Shown: positions 23,726-34,835, counted from the stretch's first letter. The stretch is DNA of 64,000 nt from an uncultured Verrucomicrobiae bacterium (GCA_963706955.1 CAVPOC010000001.1:96001-160000); one strand, 5' to 3'. Translations and numbers: made by a program. Notes: a model not told the origin generated them from the letters alone.

Positions 23726-25984
23726 CGCAACTCAGGGAAAAAAGGGATAGCGTTGCGCGATTGGAACCGCTGCGTGAAGCGTTTGCCCTTCGAGCTTGGA
23801 ACGGACCTTTAACCGAAGAACTCATCCGCAACCCTGGTAAATTTGGGCTTGGGCAGGTGCCGGCACGACTGGCGCCGGATGCGACCACGACGATGGTCTG
23901 TGGCTTCTGTTCGACTGGCTGCGGCCTTAATATTCATATGCGCAACGGACAGGCGATCAACCTAAGTGCGGACAGCAGCTACCCAGTCAATCTGGGAATG
24001 GCCTGTCCCAAGGGATGGGAGGCGCTCACCCCACTGTCCGCTCCCGATCGCGGCACCACCCCAATGGTCCGGGCGGTCCGCGGCGGTCCCCTTGAAGCGT
24101 GCGATTGGGAGCGCGCCCTGATCTTGTTCTGCGAGCGATTCAAAGAGCTTCGGCGCAACTATGGTCCGGAGTCGGTTGCTTTCCTGAGCACAGGACAGAT
24201 CACTACTGAGGAGATGGCCTTCCTCGGATGTCTGTTCAAGTTCGGCATGGGATTTGTGCACTGTGACAGTAACACCCGCCAGTGCATGGCCACATCGCAT
24301 GTCGCCTACAAAGAGTCCTTCGGCTTCGACGCGCCGCCCTTTACCTATGCGGATTTTGAACTCTCGGATGTGTTGGTCTTTGTCGGGGCGAATCCGTGTC
24401 TTGCTCATCCCATCATGTGGCAGCGCGTCATGCGCAATCCGAAAAAGCCTGAAATTCTCGTGGTCGATCCTCGCACCACCGAAACTTCGATGGCGGCGAC
24501 GCAGCACTTTTCCATTCGGCCGAAGTCGGACCTGGTGCTGCTTTACGGTCTTGCGAATCTGCTGATCGCCAGCGATTCGATCGACCGCCCTTTCATTGAT
24601 GCGCACACTTCCGGCTTCGAAGAATTTGCTCGCTTTGTCAGCGCGTTCACCCCGGAGCGTGTCGCTCGGGAAACCGAACTGAGTGTCGCCCAGTTGGAGC
24701 GATTTGCCCGAACAATTGGACAGGGACAGGCCGTCTCCTTTTGGTGGACGATGGGAGTGAATCAGGGCCACGAATCGACGCGGACGGCGCAGGCGATCAT
24801 CAATCTGGCGCTAATGACGGGCAACATCGGCCGCCCTGGAACTGGTGCAAATTCGATTACCGGGCAGTGTAATGCGATGGGCTCGCGGCTGTTCGCAAAC
24901 ATCACCAGCCTTCTCGGTGGCCACAACGTGGACGAAGAGATGCACCGCCGTAAGATCTCGAGAGTATTGGGAATTCGAGAAGAAGCTATCCCTCGTGGCC
25001 CTTCGATGGCCTACGATCAAATCGTGCGAAGCATCGCCGATGGCAGGATCAAAGGTCTCTGGGTCATCGCGACCAACTCATCCCACTCGTGGATCCATCA
25101 AGATGACTTTAACAACCTCATCAACAAACTCGATTTCCTCGTTGTGCAGGACATGTATCCTACCACCGAGACCGCACAGCGAGCGGATCTCTACTTTCCG
25201 GCAGCGGGCTGGGGCGAAAAGGAAGGCACCTTGATCAACTCCGAGCGCCGAATCGGACTCGTCAAGAAAGTGCGACGCGCGCCGGGGCGGGCACTTTCCG
25301 ATTTCCATATTTGCCAGTTGATCGCGCACTATTGGGGATGTGAGGGGATGTTTGCACGGTGGACTTCGCCCGAAGCTGTCTTTCAAACCTTGAAAGCAGT
25401 TTCTGAAGGGATGCCCAACGATATCACTGGCGTCCGCGACTATGGCATGATCGATGAATGTGGCGGCATCCAATGGCCGCTCAGCGATGCCGATGTCTCT
25501 CGATTTGCCAGTGCTAAGTTTCAAGTTCCGTCGGAAAGGCGATTGTTCGAGGACGGCAAGTTCTTTACCCCTGATCGTCGGGCACGTTTCGTTTTCGAAC
25601 AACCACGCATGGCACCGGAGCAAGTCGATGCAGAATATCCTTTTCTCCTCATGACCGGACGCGGGACATCGTCGCAGTGGCACACCAACACCCGGACGGG
25701 CAAATCGGATGTGCTGCGCAAGCTTTATCCCCCCAACTGCTATGTGGAAATAAATCCTCACGATGCTGAGAAGTTGGGCATTCGGAAAAACATCCGTCGT
25801 GAGAATCGCATCCCGGCGTGCGCAGGTTCGAGCGACGGCATTTGTGACGCCGACGATCCGACCTGGGCAGCTCTTCATTCCCATGCACTATCGCGAAGCA
25901 AACCGGTTGACCTTTCCGTCCTTTGATCCCTACTCCCGTCAGCCGTCTTACAAGGCATGCGCGGTGCAGGTTGAAGCGATTTGA
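23722..25984 (+). CDS. Assimilatory-type nitrate reductase catalytic subunit, Mo-bisPGD with [4Fe-4S] (frameshift near 25785)
   Basis: CGFCSTGC...[38 protein letters not shown] and [10 protein letters not shown] motifs. No Tat signal. Confidence 0.88.
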
Positions 25985-26057
25985 AGACGTGAAACGACTG
26001 CTTTTTTGCAGCGCTTAACGGCATAGTCTTGTGGACGAATCGGCGGAACCTAGGCCG

Positions 26058-26624
26058 CTACAAATCGTCAGGGGAGTTCCAGTTGGTAAACAGAGCCGAT
26101 TGCGAATCGGAAATCTCCTTTGCGTTCATCATTCCTGCTTTAAGAGCTTCGTCAATGAGACGCTGAAACGAGCGATCGTTGCCTGCGAGAATCTCTTCGA
26201 CAAGCGGAAGGATTTTGAGCGGGTAGACCGCAGCTGTCCCGCAATAAAATCCCTCATGGAGCGGCACAGTTCCGGCGCATTCAGATTCTTCGATTAATTC
26301 CCGAAGAAAGTTGACCGTTATTCGTGGCATGTCCACGGCCAGCGTCACCAAAAAGCCGGAGGCAGTCTGCCGCAAAGCGGCTTCAAGACCACCAAGAGGC
26401 CCGAGGCCGGCAACCCGATCATGAACGAACGTCCACGGTCCTGGTGGGAATTCCATACCCGACTGCACTGAGAAGAAGAGCTGATCCGGACCGAGTTTGG
26501 CCAACTTGTCGATCTGAAAGCGCCACATTGGCATGCCTTCATACTCGATCGAAGCCTTGTTAGTTCCCATGCGACTCGATCGGCCACCGGCGAGCAAGAC
26601 AGCGGCGAATTTTTCATGGTTCAT
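26058..26624 (-). CDS. mobA: Molybdenum cofactor guanylyltransferase
   Basis: VLLAGGRSSRMGTNKA, GPLGGL, AVDMP and NWNSPDD motifs. Confidence 0.9.
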   Translation of the reverse strand: MNHEKFAAVLLAGGRSSRMGTNKASIEYEGMPMWRFQIDKLAKLGPDQLFFSVQSGMEFPPGPWTFVHDRVAGLGPLGGLEAALRQTASGFLVTLAVDMPRITVNFLRELIEESECAGTVPLHEGFYCGTAAVYPLKILPLVEEILAGNDRSFQRLIDEALKAGMMNAKEISDSQSALFTNWNSPDDL

Positions 26625-27087
26625 CGACCTTGAGGATTCCATCGGTGAGGATTCTCGCGCGGAGGCCGCCGCGCCCTTTCATGGCGGCTTCCGCGCCTTC
26701 GCAAAAGGCCTGATTCATCCAGGAACAGGGCGCAGATTCCTGCGTTCCTTCAAAGAACACTCCTTGAACCTCGAACTCTTTACCAATCCAGAAGTTTAGA
26801 TCAATGCCACGCGTTATAACATTACGGCGGAAGGCGCCGGGATTTTTGTCTGTGACCCCGAAGCGACGGCAGAGATCCACATACGTCTCCCACGCGAAAA
26901 AGGTGATCTGGCCCTTGTAATCGTTCTTATGGTCGAAATAACGATCGCCGACGAGTCCCTTGCCAGCAATGCACTCGACCTGAGCCACCGAAACGCTAGG
27001 ATGCTCGCCCGCGGGAAGACCGTAATGTCCGACAAAATTGTGAGCCGGCGAAATATAGATGGCGGCAATTTGCACGTGTGAAGCCAT
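26614..27087 (-). CDS. MOSC domain protein
   Basis: GLVGDRY, QIT, FRRNVIT, PC and GRGGLRARILTDG motifs. Confidence 0.85.
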   Translation of the reverse strand: MASHVQIAAIYISPAHNFVGHYGLPAGEHPSVSVAQVECIAGKGLVGDRYFDHKNDYKGQITFFAWETYVDLCRRFGVTDKNPGAFRRNVITRGIDLNFWIGKEFEVQGVFFEGTQESAPCSWMNQAFCEGAEAAMKGRGGLRARILTDGILKVDEP

Positions 27088-27279
27088 GCTAAAAAAACTA
27101 TTTGATTCTCGGCAAACTGCGCCGTTTTTCTTGAGAAGTTGTTCGAGCTTGTCCTTGGTTCCTCTGCGAACTCCTTGTCCGCTCTTCTGAAGCACCTTCA
27201 GCTCCAGCGACTTTAGACCGGACGGGGATTCTTTGAACTTTACGGGAGTGGGCTTAGAGCGAAAATTGCACTGCATTCG

Positions 27280-28431
27280 ATGAAACGTCCAGAGGCCGGC
27301 AACTTCCCACGGCGAGATCCTGAGAGGCAGACCTTCGCCGGCCTTATCGTCCGCGAACGAAATCCAGAGAACCTCGAGTTTCCTTTTTCTACCCTAAATA
27401 GTTTTCTCACTTCCAAGGAACAGTTCTTCGTTCGCAGTCACTTCGGAGTTCCGAAACTGGAGCTGGACGCTTGGCGACTCGTGATCGAGGGACGGGTGGA
27501 GGAGCCGTATGAGATCGGCTTCGATGAATTGCTTCGGATGCCATCGCGCACCGTGACGATGACCTTAGAATGTGCGGGCAACAGCCGGATTTTTCTTTCA
27601 CCGAAGGTAGGAGGGGTGCAGTGGGAACTTGGTGCGGTCAGCACTGCAGAGTGGACCGGCGTGCCGCTCGCAGCTATGCTCAAACGAGCTGGAGTCAAAG
27701 CGGGAGCGACGGAGGTCGTGCTCGAAGGCGCGGACAATGGTGCTATCGCGAAGGAACCTGTATCGCCGGGGAAAATCCACTATGCGCGCAGCCTTCCACT
27801 GGCCAAGGCGCTGATGCCCGAAGTGATTCTCGCCTACCGCATGAACAGCGAGCCTTTGCCGCCTTCGCACGGTTTTCCGCTGCGCGCGATTGTGCCTGGA
27901 TGGTATGGAATGGCATCAGTCAAATGGTTGACGCGCGTCGTTGTCACGGATGGTACTTTCCGCGGCTACTTTCAAACTTCAGATTACTCCTTCTGGGAGC
28001 AGCGTGACGAACTGCCCATCCAATTGCTGCCCGTGAGCGAGGTTGAAGTGAAGGCTGAAGTCGCCCGGCCTGCCTTGCACGAAATCATCGGGGCCGACAC
28101 GATCTACCGGGTTTATGGCGCGGCATGGACGGGAGAGTCTGAGATAAGCAGAGTGGAGATGAGCACTGATGGAGGAAACCGTTGGGAAGAGGCGCAACTG
28201 TTAGGTGAATCAGTGCCATATGCCTGGCGTTTTTGGGAGTATTATTGGCGGACGCCAGGACAAGCTGGAATCTACACGCTGATGGCGCGCGCGACGGATG
28301 CACGCGGTAACGTGCAGGCCATGCAACGCGACGCTCATCGTGGATCATACATGATCAGCCATGTGCAGCCGATCGAGGTCGAGGTTCGAAAGCTCTCTGC
28401 ATTACCCTCAACCGACAGCTACGCAATATGA
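27280..28431 (+). CDS. Sulfite oxidase family molybdoenzyme (cytoplasmic)
   Basis: FFVRSH, LECAGNSR, WTGVPL, HGFPLRAIVPGWYGMASVKWL and a C-terminal dimerisation domain. Confidence 0.88.
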   Translation: MKRPEAGNFPRRDPERQTFAGLIVRERNPENLEFPFSTLNSFLTSKEQFFVRSHFGVPKLELDAWRLVIEGRVEEPYEIGFDELLRMPSRTVTMTLECAGNSRIFLSPKVGGVQWELGAVSTAEWTGVPLAAMLKRAGVKAGATEVVLEGADNGAIAKEPVSPGKIHYARSLPLAKALMPEVILAYRMNSEPLPPSHGFPLRAIVPGWYGMASVKWLTRVVVTDGTFRGYFQTSDYSFWEQRDELPIQLLPVSEVEVKAEVARPALHEIIGADTIYRVYGAAWTGESEISRVEMSTDGGNRWEEAQLLGESVPYAWRFWEYYWRTPGQAGIYTLMARATDARGNVQAMQRDAHRGSYMISHVQPIEVEVRKLSALPSTDSYAI

Positions 28432-28624
28432 GGATGAGCCGTGCAGGGTTTGATCGGTCTGACAAGAGCATAAGCGAGGTGAAACCTGGCGACCGTCTCC
28501 AAACGTAAAAAAGGTGCTCTTGATTGGAGGGAAATGTCTGCGTTCGACGAACACGCAAAAAAATTTGCCGGCGGTAGCATGAAAAGGGCAGCGAGCCTTC
28601 GATGTCGACGGGAGAGATCATAGG

Positions 28625-29896
28625 ATGGCACATTTTGGACTGATTTGTCCCGAATTGAGCGGGCATCTCAATCCAATGACGACGCTGGGTCGTGAACTCA
28701 AGCGGCGTGGGCACCGTGTGACACTCATTGGTCGACCGGATGCGCAGAAGAAGACCGAAACCGCCGGCCTTGAATTTGCCGTCGTCGGCGAAAAGGAGTT
28801 CCCTGCGGGTTCGCTGGTTCAGACCACGGCAAAGCTCGGACGTTTGGCCGGATTGAATGCGATTCGATTTACAGCCGAGTTGCTGCGGCGCGCCGCAGTC
28901 ACAGTCTTGGATCAGGCGCCGGACGCCGTTAGGACTGCAGGTGTCGACGCATTGCTGGTGGATCAGGTCACCCCTGCCGGAGAGACGGTCGCGGAGATGC
29001 TGCATTTGCCATTTGTTTCGGTTTGCAATGCGCTGGCGCTAAATCCGGACCGAGCTCTTCCCCCAGCAGTGACACCGTGGCGTTACCGTCGAGGCACAAT
29101 CTGGCGCTGGCGCAATGCGCTTGGCGATTCGATTCTGCGGATAGCCGCCCGACCGATCATTCGCGAGATCAACGCGCGGCGTGTCCGACACGGGCTATCA
29201 GAAATGGCAGTGCGGATCTCGGATGGTGTGGGGTCGGCGCAAATCGCCCAGCAGCCAGCCTTTTTCGACTACCCGCGTGAGCGTCTGCCAAACAACTTCC
29301 ATTACACAGGTCCCTGGCACGCGCTTGAGTCCGGCGATAAAATGGAGTTCCCGTGGGAGAAATTAGACGACCGCCCATTAATATACGCTTCGATGGGAAC
29401 TCTGCAGAACCGACAAGCGCCCATCTTTCAGGCGATCGCTTCCGCCTGCGCAGGGCTAAACGCGCAGCTCGTTTTGTCACTGGGAAGCCACGATCAACGC
29501 ATCGACCTAAAATTGGCAGGCGCGGCCATTGTCGTCCCGTTCGCTCCGCAACTTGAGTTGCTGGGACGTGCCGCGCTAACGATTACGCACGCCGGACTGA
29601 ACACCGCCCTCGAGTCTTTGGCCCAAGGTGTGCCGATGGTGGCTATTCCCATTACAAATGACCAACCGGGAGTCGCCAGTCGTCTCGAATGGCTGGGTGT
29701 TGCCAGGATCGTGCCGCCAGCGCGGCTGACTGCCCATCGTTTGCGTGCCAGCGTGAGGACCGTTCTCGATGAGCCTTACTACCGTGCACGGGCTCGGCAA
29801 TGGAAGTTGACTCTCGCCAGCATTGAGGGCCTTCGACTTGCCGCCGATATCGTCGAGCGTGCCATCAAGAGCGGGCAACCCGTGCGGCGGCCGTAA
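28625..29896 (+). CDS. GT1/MGT family glycosyltransferase (CrtX-like)
   Basis: GHLNP, YASMGT and the PQLELL...ITHAGLNTALE...PITNDQP UGT signature. Confidence 0.85.
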   Translation: MAHFGLICPELSGHLNPMTTLGRELKRRGHRVTLIGRPDAQKKTETAGLEFAVVGEKEFPAGSLVQTTAKLGRLAGLNAIRFTAELLRRAAVTVLDQAPDAVRTAGVDALLVDQVTPAGETVAEMLHLPFVSVCNALALNPDRALPPAVTPWRYRRGTIWRWRNALGDSILRIAARPIIREINARRVRHGLSEMAVRISDGVGSAQIAQQPAFFDYPRERLPNNFHYTGPWHALESGDKMEFPWEKLDDRPLIYASMGTLQNRQAPIFQAIASACAGLNAQLVLSLGSHDQRIDLKLAGAAIVVPFAPQLELLGRAALTITHAGLNTALESLAQGVPMVAIPITNDQPGVASRLEWLGVARIVPPARLTAHRLRASVRTVLDEPYYRARARQWKLTLASIEGLRLAADIVERAIKSGQPVRRP

Positions 29897-29943
29897 GCCC
29901 GTTGCAATTGGCTTTTTTAGAGGGTATTATCAATGGGCCGACG

Positions 29944-30252
29944 ATGCCAGTTCACCGGGTCGCTTCTACCAACGAATTGCCGCCGGGCAGCGCACTTGCT
30001 GTTGAGGTTGCCGGCAGGACGATCGGTTTGTTCAACGTGGATGGTGCGATCTACGCCATCGACAACATTTGCACGCACGATAGCGCGCCCCTGAGCGAAG
30101 GCGTGGTCACCGACGGGTGCGTCGTCTGTCCCTGGCATGGAGCCCAGTTCGACCTCGCTACGGGTCAAGCGCTCACCCCTCCCGCCGTTGAAGACGTCAG
30201 GACCTACGAGGTCGTCGTGTCCGGCGACGATGTCTGCCTGCAAATTGATTAG
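29944..30252 (+). CDS. Rieske [2Fe-2S] ferredoxin
   Basis: CTH and CPWHG motifs. Confidence 0.88.
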   Translation: MPVHRVASTNELPPGSALAVEVAGRTIGLFNVDGAIYAIDNICTHDSAPLSEGVVTDGCVVCPWHGAQFDLATGQALTPPAVEDVRTYEVVVSGDDVCLQID

Positions 30253-30536
30253 CTTGAGGCGGCGGCCATTTGGTTTCCGAATTGAACTCAGTAAGGGCTT
30301 GGAATGGCACGTGGTTGAGCTCCCACCGGGCCTCCAGCGGATCTAAACTCGATCAACACCTGGCGCGTCTTCTGGATAAGGATTCTTCTGTCTGGGTAAT
30401 CAGAAAGTCGATTAGGCCTCCTAAGCAAAGGCGTGGTGACTCCGCAGCTTCAACGGCCTTGTGAGGTCTTGCGGGGATAAGCGGGTGGGGCGAACCGGCA
30501 CCAGCGCAGAGGGTGCGCGTCCTCGCCGATTTGATA

Positions 30537-31671
30537 TCAACGTTCGTCGTTTGGATTACGAGCAAGCTCCACCTCGAGGTTGCCATTCTGCAAGTTGACT
30601 CTTGTTCCGAACTGTCGGCTCTCACGAGTGAGAACTTTGCTAAGCCAGGCGGCGTCGGCCTCTGAAGCATGCCGCAGGCGGAATTGGAAGATCTGAAGCG
30701 GAACGATCCTTAGGCGAACGAGCTGACCGGTCTGCGCGTCGAGCGTCGGGAAGTACATCAGCGCAAGGTCGTCGCGATAGGATTCGTTTCCCTCAATGCC
30801 TTCGTAGTCATTCAGGAAATCTCCGGCGCCATAAACGATGAGTTTGCCTTTGTAGACATCCAACGGACGAACGTGGTGTGACGAATGGCCGTGAACAATA
30901 TCGACCGCCCCGGAATCGATCAGCGCGTGAGCGAACTCGATCTGTTCATCGGGAACGTCATATCCCCAGTTGCTTCCCCAGTGCACGGAGAAGATCACCA
31001 GATCCTCGGGGCGGCTTTGCCGTCTGATTGAGTCGACGGTCGTGGCGCGCGTTTCCGCTGAAAGGTCACTAAGGAAATTCACTCCTGGAGAAGAGGGACC
31101 AGCCGCCCACGATTCCGGCACGCCGGCGGAATCCATTGCATATCCAAAGACGAGCAGCCTCGTGCCAGGCGCCACTTCAAGAATCGCTGGAGCAGCCGCC
31201 TCCGCCGCTGTCTCGCCCGCTCCGGCGGACTTGATGTTCGCCCGGCGGAGAGTTTCAAGGGTTTCACCGAGTCCACGGAAACCGAGGTCTGCCGTGTGGT
31301 TGTTAGCAACAACGCAGCAGTCGATTGCGGCTGCCTTGAGCACGCTCGACGTTCTCTGGGTGCATTCGGTAATGAATTCCCTTGCCCGGCCAGAAATCAT
31401 CGCTCCGGGTGATACTTGTTTCCAGATTGACGATTCGTGCGGCAGGCCGGATCTCCTTGAGGATCTCGAGTGCTGACCCCCAGACATAACGGTGGTCCAC
31501 GTTGCGCGGAATGAGGCCGTTGCGCTTCTCGGCGAGCGTTACGTAGATCCGTGCGTCCCTCACGTAGGGTTCAAAAAGCTGTGGCGGACTGGCTACGGGC
31601 AGAATTTGATCGATTCCGCGACCGGTCATAAGATCTCCGCAGAAAAATAATGTAACCAGCGCGCGCGTCAT
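30537..31671 (-). CDS. CapA family metallophosphoesterase-fold protein (frameshift near 31345)
   Basis: GDLMTGRGIDQ, NLET, ANNH, VHWG, GHSSHH and YGAGDF motifs. Confidence 0.85.
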
Positions 31672-31807
31672 TTTTGGTGTCTCACCTCAGCGGCGGGGGG
31701 TAATTCGCTTACCCGTAATCGTATCACGAAATAGAGCGTCGGGCGTGGAGAATCATGGGCGCCGAGAAACCTCGACTTCGTGTCCTCGCCGATTTTTCAT
31801 TGGAGGC

Positions 31808-32248
31808 GTGCGTGATCCGTTTCTGCAGGCGGCGATCGATGAAGCCAGGCGGGGGTTGGCCGAGGGAGGCATCCCGATTGGTTCGGTGATTGTCCACCGC
31901 GAAACGATTATCGGGCGGGGTCACAACATGCGCGTGCAAAAGGGGGATCCATTGCTTCATGGAGAAATGAGCGCGCTCCAGCAAGCCGGTCGCCAGCCGG
32001 CATCAGTCTATCGAGAGTGCGTTCTCTATACGACGCTCTCACCATGTCCAATGTGCAGTGGGACCGCGCTCCTCTACAAAATTCCGAAGATCGTCATCGG
32101 CGAAAATCAGACATTCCTTGGCGCCGAAGACTGGCTCCGCAGCCAGGGAGTGCAGTTGGATGTCGTTCAGGATGATGAATGCATCGAGATGATGCGCAAA
32201 TTCATTGCGGAGCGGCCGGACCTTTGGAATGAGGACATTGGCATTTAG
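31808..32248 (+). CDS. Zn-dependent nucleoside/cytosine deaminase
   Basis: PIGSV, HGE and PCPMC motifs. GTG start follows a ggagg RBS. Confidence 0.87.
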   Translation: MRDPFLQAAIDEARRGLAEGGIPIGSVIVHRETIIGRGHNMRVQKGDPLLHGEMSALQQAGRQPASVYRECVLYTTLSPCPMCSGTALLYKIPKIVIGENQTFLGAEDWLRSQGVQLDVVQDDECIEMMRKFIAERPDLWNEDIGI

Positions 32249-32266
32249 GCAGGAAGACAAATACTT

Positions 32267-33292
32267 TCAGTCCGGCCATGTGAGCAGCTTGGCAAAGCGC
32301 AAGCCAGCTTCCGTAAGCCGAGGGGAGCCGGCTGGTCCACCCACCAGGTTTTTGGTGATTCGAGTGTAAGGCTGACCCGTTTCCTTAACCCACGTAACCA
32401 TGGGCTCGGTGATCGAGATTGTCGCCGCCTCGATCCTGATCGGAACTCCATAGCGAGAGAAGGTAACTGTCCAGGCGAGCGGGTTGGCGATTTCGCCTGT
32501 TGGAACAAGCCAAGGGTAAGCGCGGACGAGAAAAAAGTTCGGCGAGTTTCGGATGGTTATTTTGAAGGCCGGTTCCGCGCCGGTGAGGAAATCGGAGATT
32601 TTGAGTGTCGGATTTCTATGCGCCGCGAGCAACAGCTTCGCGGGATCGCACCCGGCAAGATTCAGACCGTTATAGATGCCATGAGGGTTCTGATCTTTTC
32701 GGAAATAGGCTTCGTGCCAGCCTTCGAAGTTTCGATTCAACATCATACAGACTTCGAAATGGGTGTGAGCGCGCTCGCGGTCGATGCCGGTTCCCGTAAA
32801 GCCCATCAAGCCGAGGACTTCGCCTTGGCGCACCGGCTGTCCGGGCTCGACAGAGATGGAAGAGAGGTGGGCGTAGAGCGTGTAGTAAGGGCAACCATCC
32901 CAGAGATGCTCGACAACGACGTATCTCCCGTAGTTCGAGGCGCCGGAGTCCCGGCTCACGTACACAACGTTTCCGCCGGCGGTCGCTCGCACCACGTCGC
33001 TGGGGTTACCGAATGCGTCTCGGCGGACCGGCCGGATGTCAATTCCCTCATGGAGTTGCAGGTAGGAAATCTTGCCGCCATCGCCGCGAACGGGTCCCCG
33101 CACGAAACCGAATTGACCGCCTTGCCAAGGCTGAGACCTCGCACCTTCGAAATCGCGGTTTATATACATGTAGAAGTCTCGCGGTCGGTCCTGGAGCAGA
33201 GCGCGATTGTCTGTGGGAAAGTCAATCAGCGGTTGGGCGCGCAAGGCCTCGATGACGAAAAAGCAGAGTCCTGCGACGCGCGCCAAGTTCAT
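32267..33292 (-). CDS. M23 family metallopeptidase, secreted
   Basis: HEGID, YGRYV, YAHL and HTHFE motifs; signal peptide. Confidence 0.85.
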   Translation of the reverse strand: MNLARVAGLCFFVIEALRAQPLIDFPTDNRALLQDRPRDFYMYINRDFEGARSQPWQGGQFGFVRGPVRGDGGKISYLQLHEGIDIRPVRRDAFGNPSDVVRATAGGNVVYVSRDSGASNYGRYVVVEHLWDGCPYYTLYAHLSSISVEPGQPVRQGEVLGLMGFTGTGIDRERAHTHFEVCMMLNRNFEGWHEAYFRKDQNPHGIYNGLNLAGCDPAKLLLAAHRNPTLKISDFLTGAEPAFKITIRNSPNFFLVRAYPWLVPTGEIANPLAWTVTFSRYGVPIRIEAATISITEPMVTWVKETGQPYTRITKNLVGGPAGSPRLTEAGLRFAKLLTWPD

Positions 33293-33855
33293 TGCGGAGC
33301 ATTCTTGGGGGTCGGCTTGGCTTTTGCCTCTTTGGCCTGTGCCTTCCGAGCGTCTTTCAGGACGGCGAGCGCTTTCTTCTGTTGTGCGGCAAATTCCTTT
33401 TCCTTTCCGATGATCGGATAGCGTGCCTGCAGCTCGATAATTTCGCGTGGCAGGAGCCCAGAAGGAAAGGGCATGATTCCGTCGGTAATCTTCTGGCCCA
33501 CCGTCATGGCGGAAGCGACTCTCCCGTTGACCATGGCGATTACCAGGGTGTCGCGATACTCAACGCTGTGTTGCAGGAGCTTATTCGTGCCGCTGGCATC
33601 CAGTTTGAAATAACAGCCGAAGGTGCCGTCTGCTGCAGCGAAAGGATAGAAGGCGACGATGTCCCGTTCCGTCACGATAGGGACCTTCCGAACGACGGTC
33701 TGCTTGGGCGGGTTGATCAGTGTCACGGGGACGACGAAAGGTTCACCCTCGCGAGGATTTCCCTCCGCATGCAGTCGAATCGAAACGGGAGGAGGCTTTT
33801 GCTCCGCCCCGAGGGCCAGCAACGGAAGGAGAAAAATTGGCAGGAGCCGGAACAT
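33289..33855 (-). CDS. Secreted hypothetical protein resembling a stand-alone SecDF P1-head domain
   Basis: Signal peptide; PIVTERDI...FKLDASG...IAMVNGRVASA pattern. Confidence 0.55.
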   Translation of the reverse strand: MFRLLPIFLLPLLALGAEQKPPPVSIRLHAEGNPREGEPFVVPVTLINPPKQTVVRKVPIVTERDIVAFYPFAAADGTFGCYFKLDASGTNKLLQHSVEYRDTLVIAMVNGRVASAMTVGQKITDGIMPFPSGLLPREIIELQARYPIIGKEKEFAAQQKKALAVLKDARKAQAKEAKAKPTPKNAPQ

Positions 33856-33921
33856 GGCGGGATGATATTTATCAAGAAGGGATTTGCAACCGTGGTGCCG
33901 CTAGCATAGCAAGTTACAGCG

Positions 33922-34614
33922 ATGAAGTTGTTTGCTCTTTCCGTCGGTTGCATCTTGCCGGCAGTTCTCCTCGCCCAAGAGGTGCCCGGCGCGAGGCCGA
34001 GTCCTACGCCCGCTGTCTCCTATCCTAGCTCGGCCTTCTCGCTGCCACCTCCGGACGAAGGCAGTGTCTTTTTCGCCGAACGGCAGGAGGCCAAGTTCAC
34101 GCTGAGCAGGGAAGGCCAAGCTCGGCTGGTGGAAGACGAAGTAGCTGAGTATCCGCGCGCGAAAGGCAGCCCCGACAGCGTGACAACAATGTTCACGAGG
34201 TTTTTCACGGATATGTTCTCATCCATCCGGGTAGGACGACTGCGCGCGGAGCCGACCACCCAGACTCTTAAGGTCGAGCCCTCACAATTTTCTCTGGCGG
34301 AGCGTCGAGAATTGGATGCCACCTACACCGTTCGCAATAACGCCAAGAAAATTCTTCGACTGGATTTCAATACCACTCAGCGTATTGATATCCTGACCTT
34401 CGATCCTTCCGGAAAAACTATCGAGAAATGGTCCGAAGATCGCTTATTCCTCTTGCAGGAGGGGGTGGTCATCGTCAACCCCAAGGAACGGATCGAGTAT
34501 TCTGAGAAGGTCGCCACAAGGGACATGAAGCCTCAGGAGCCGTATACCATCAAAGCCGATATCGTCGGTTACCCAGATTACTCGGCTGAAGCGCCCGTCA
34601 CTCCTTCCCCTTAG
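33922..34614 (+). CDS. Secreted protein with a BsuPI-like Ig-fold domain
   Basis: Signal peptide; TVRNN..LRLDFNTTQRIDI..WSEDRLF pattern. Confidence 0.6.
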   Translation: MKLFALSVGCILPAVLLAQEVPGARPSPTPAVSYPSSAFSLPPPDEGSVFFAERQEAKFTLSREGQARLVEDEVAEYPRAKGSPDSVTTMFTRFFTDMFSSIRVGRLRAEPTTQTLKVEPSQFSLAERRELDATYTVRNNAKKILRLDFNTTQRIDILTFDPSGKTIEKWSEDRLFLLQEGVVIVNPKERIEYSEKVATRDMKPQEPYTIKADIVGYPDYSAEAPVTPSP

Positions 34615-34835
34615 CCAGCCAGCCCGGCGAGAAAGAGCGCGTTTCGCGGATCTGACCAGCTGAACAACGTCCTCGGCAGCTCGAGAGGAGGGCTGTCCGA
34701 CGGTGATAGTGCCAAGGCGGCGTGGGATCTAAGGCCCGGAAAAAGCGGAAATTTTGTAAGCTGGCAACGTCTGCAAATTATTTGTTGCCAAAGCTCCTGA
34801 CGATCACTACGCCTAGCCACTAAATCATCACCGCC

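Noticed and set aside
28625..29896. Carotenoid biosynthesis cluster
   Set aside because: Only a CrtX-like glycosyltransferase is present, with no other crt genes in the window.
30253..30536. Possible small gene or ncRNA between the Rieske and capA genes
   Set aside because: No recognisable motif, convincing ORF or structure.
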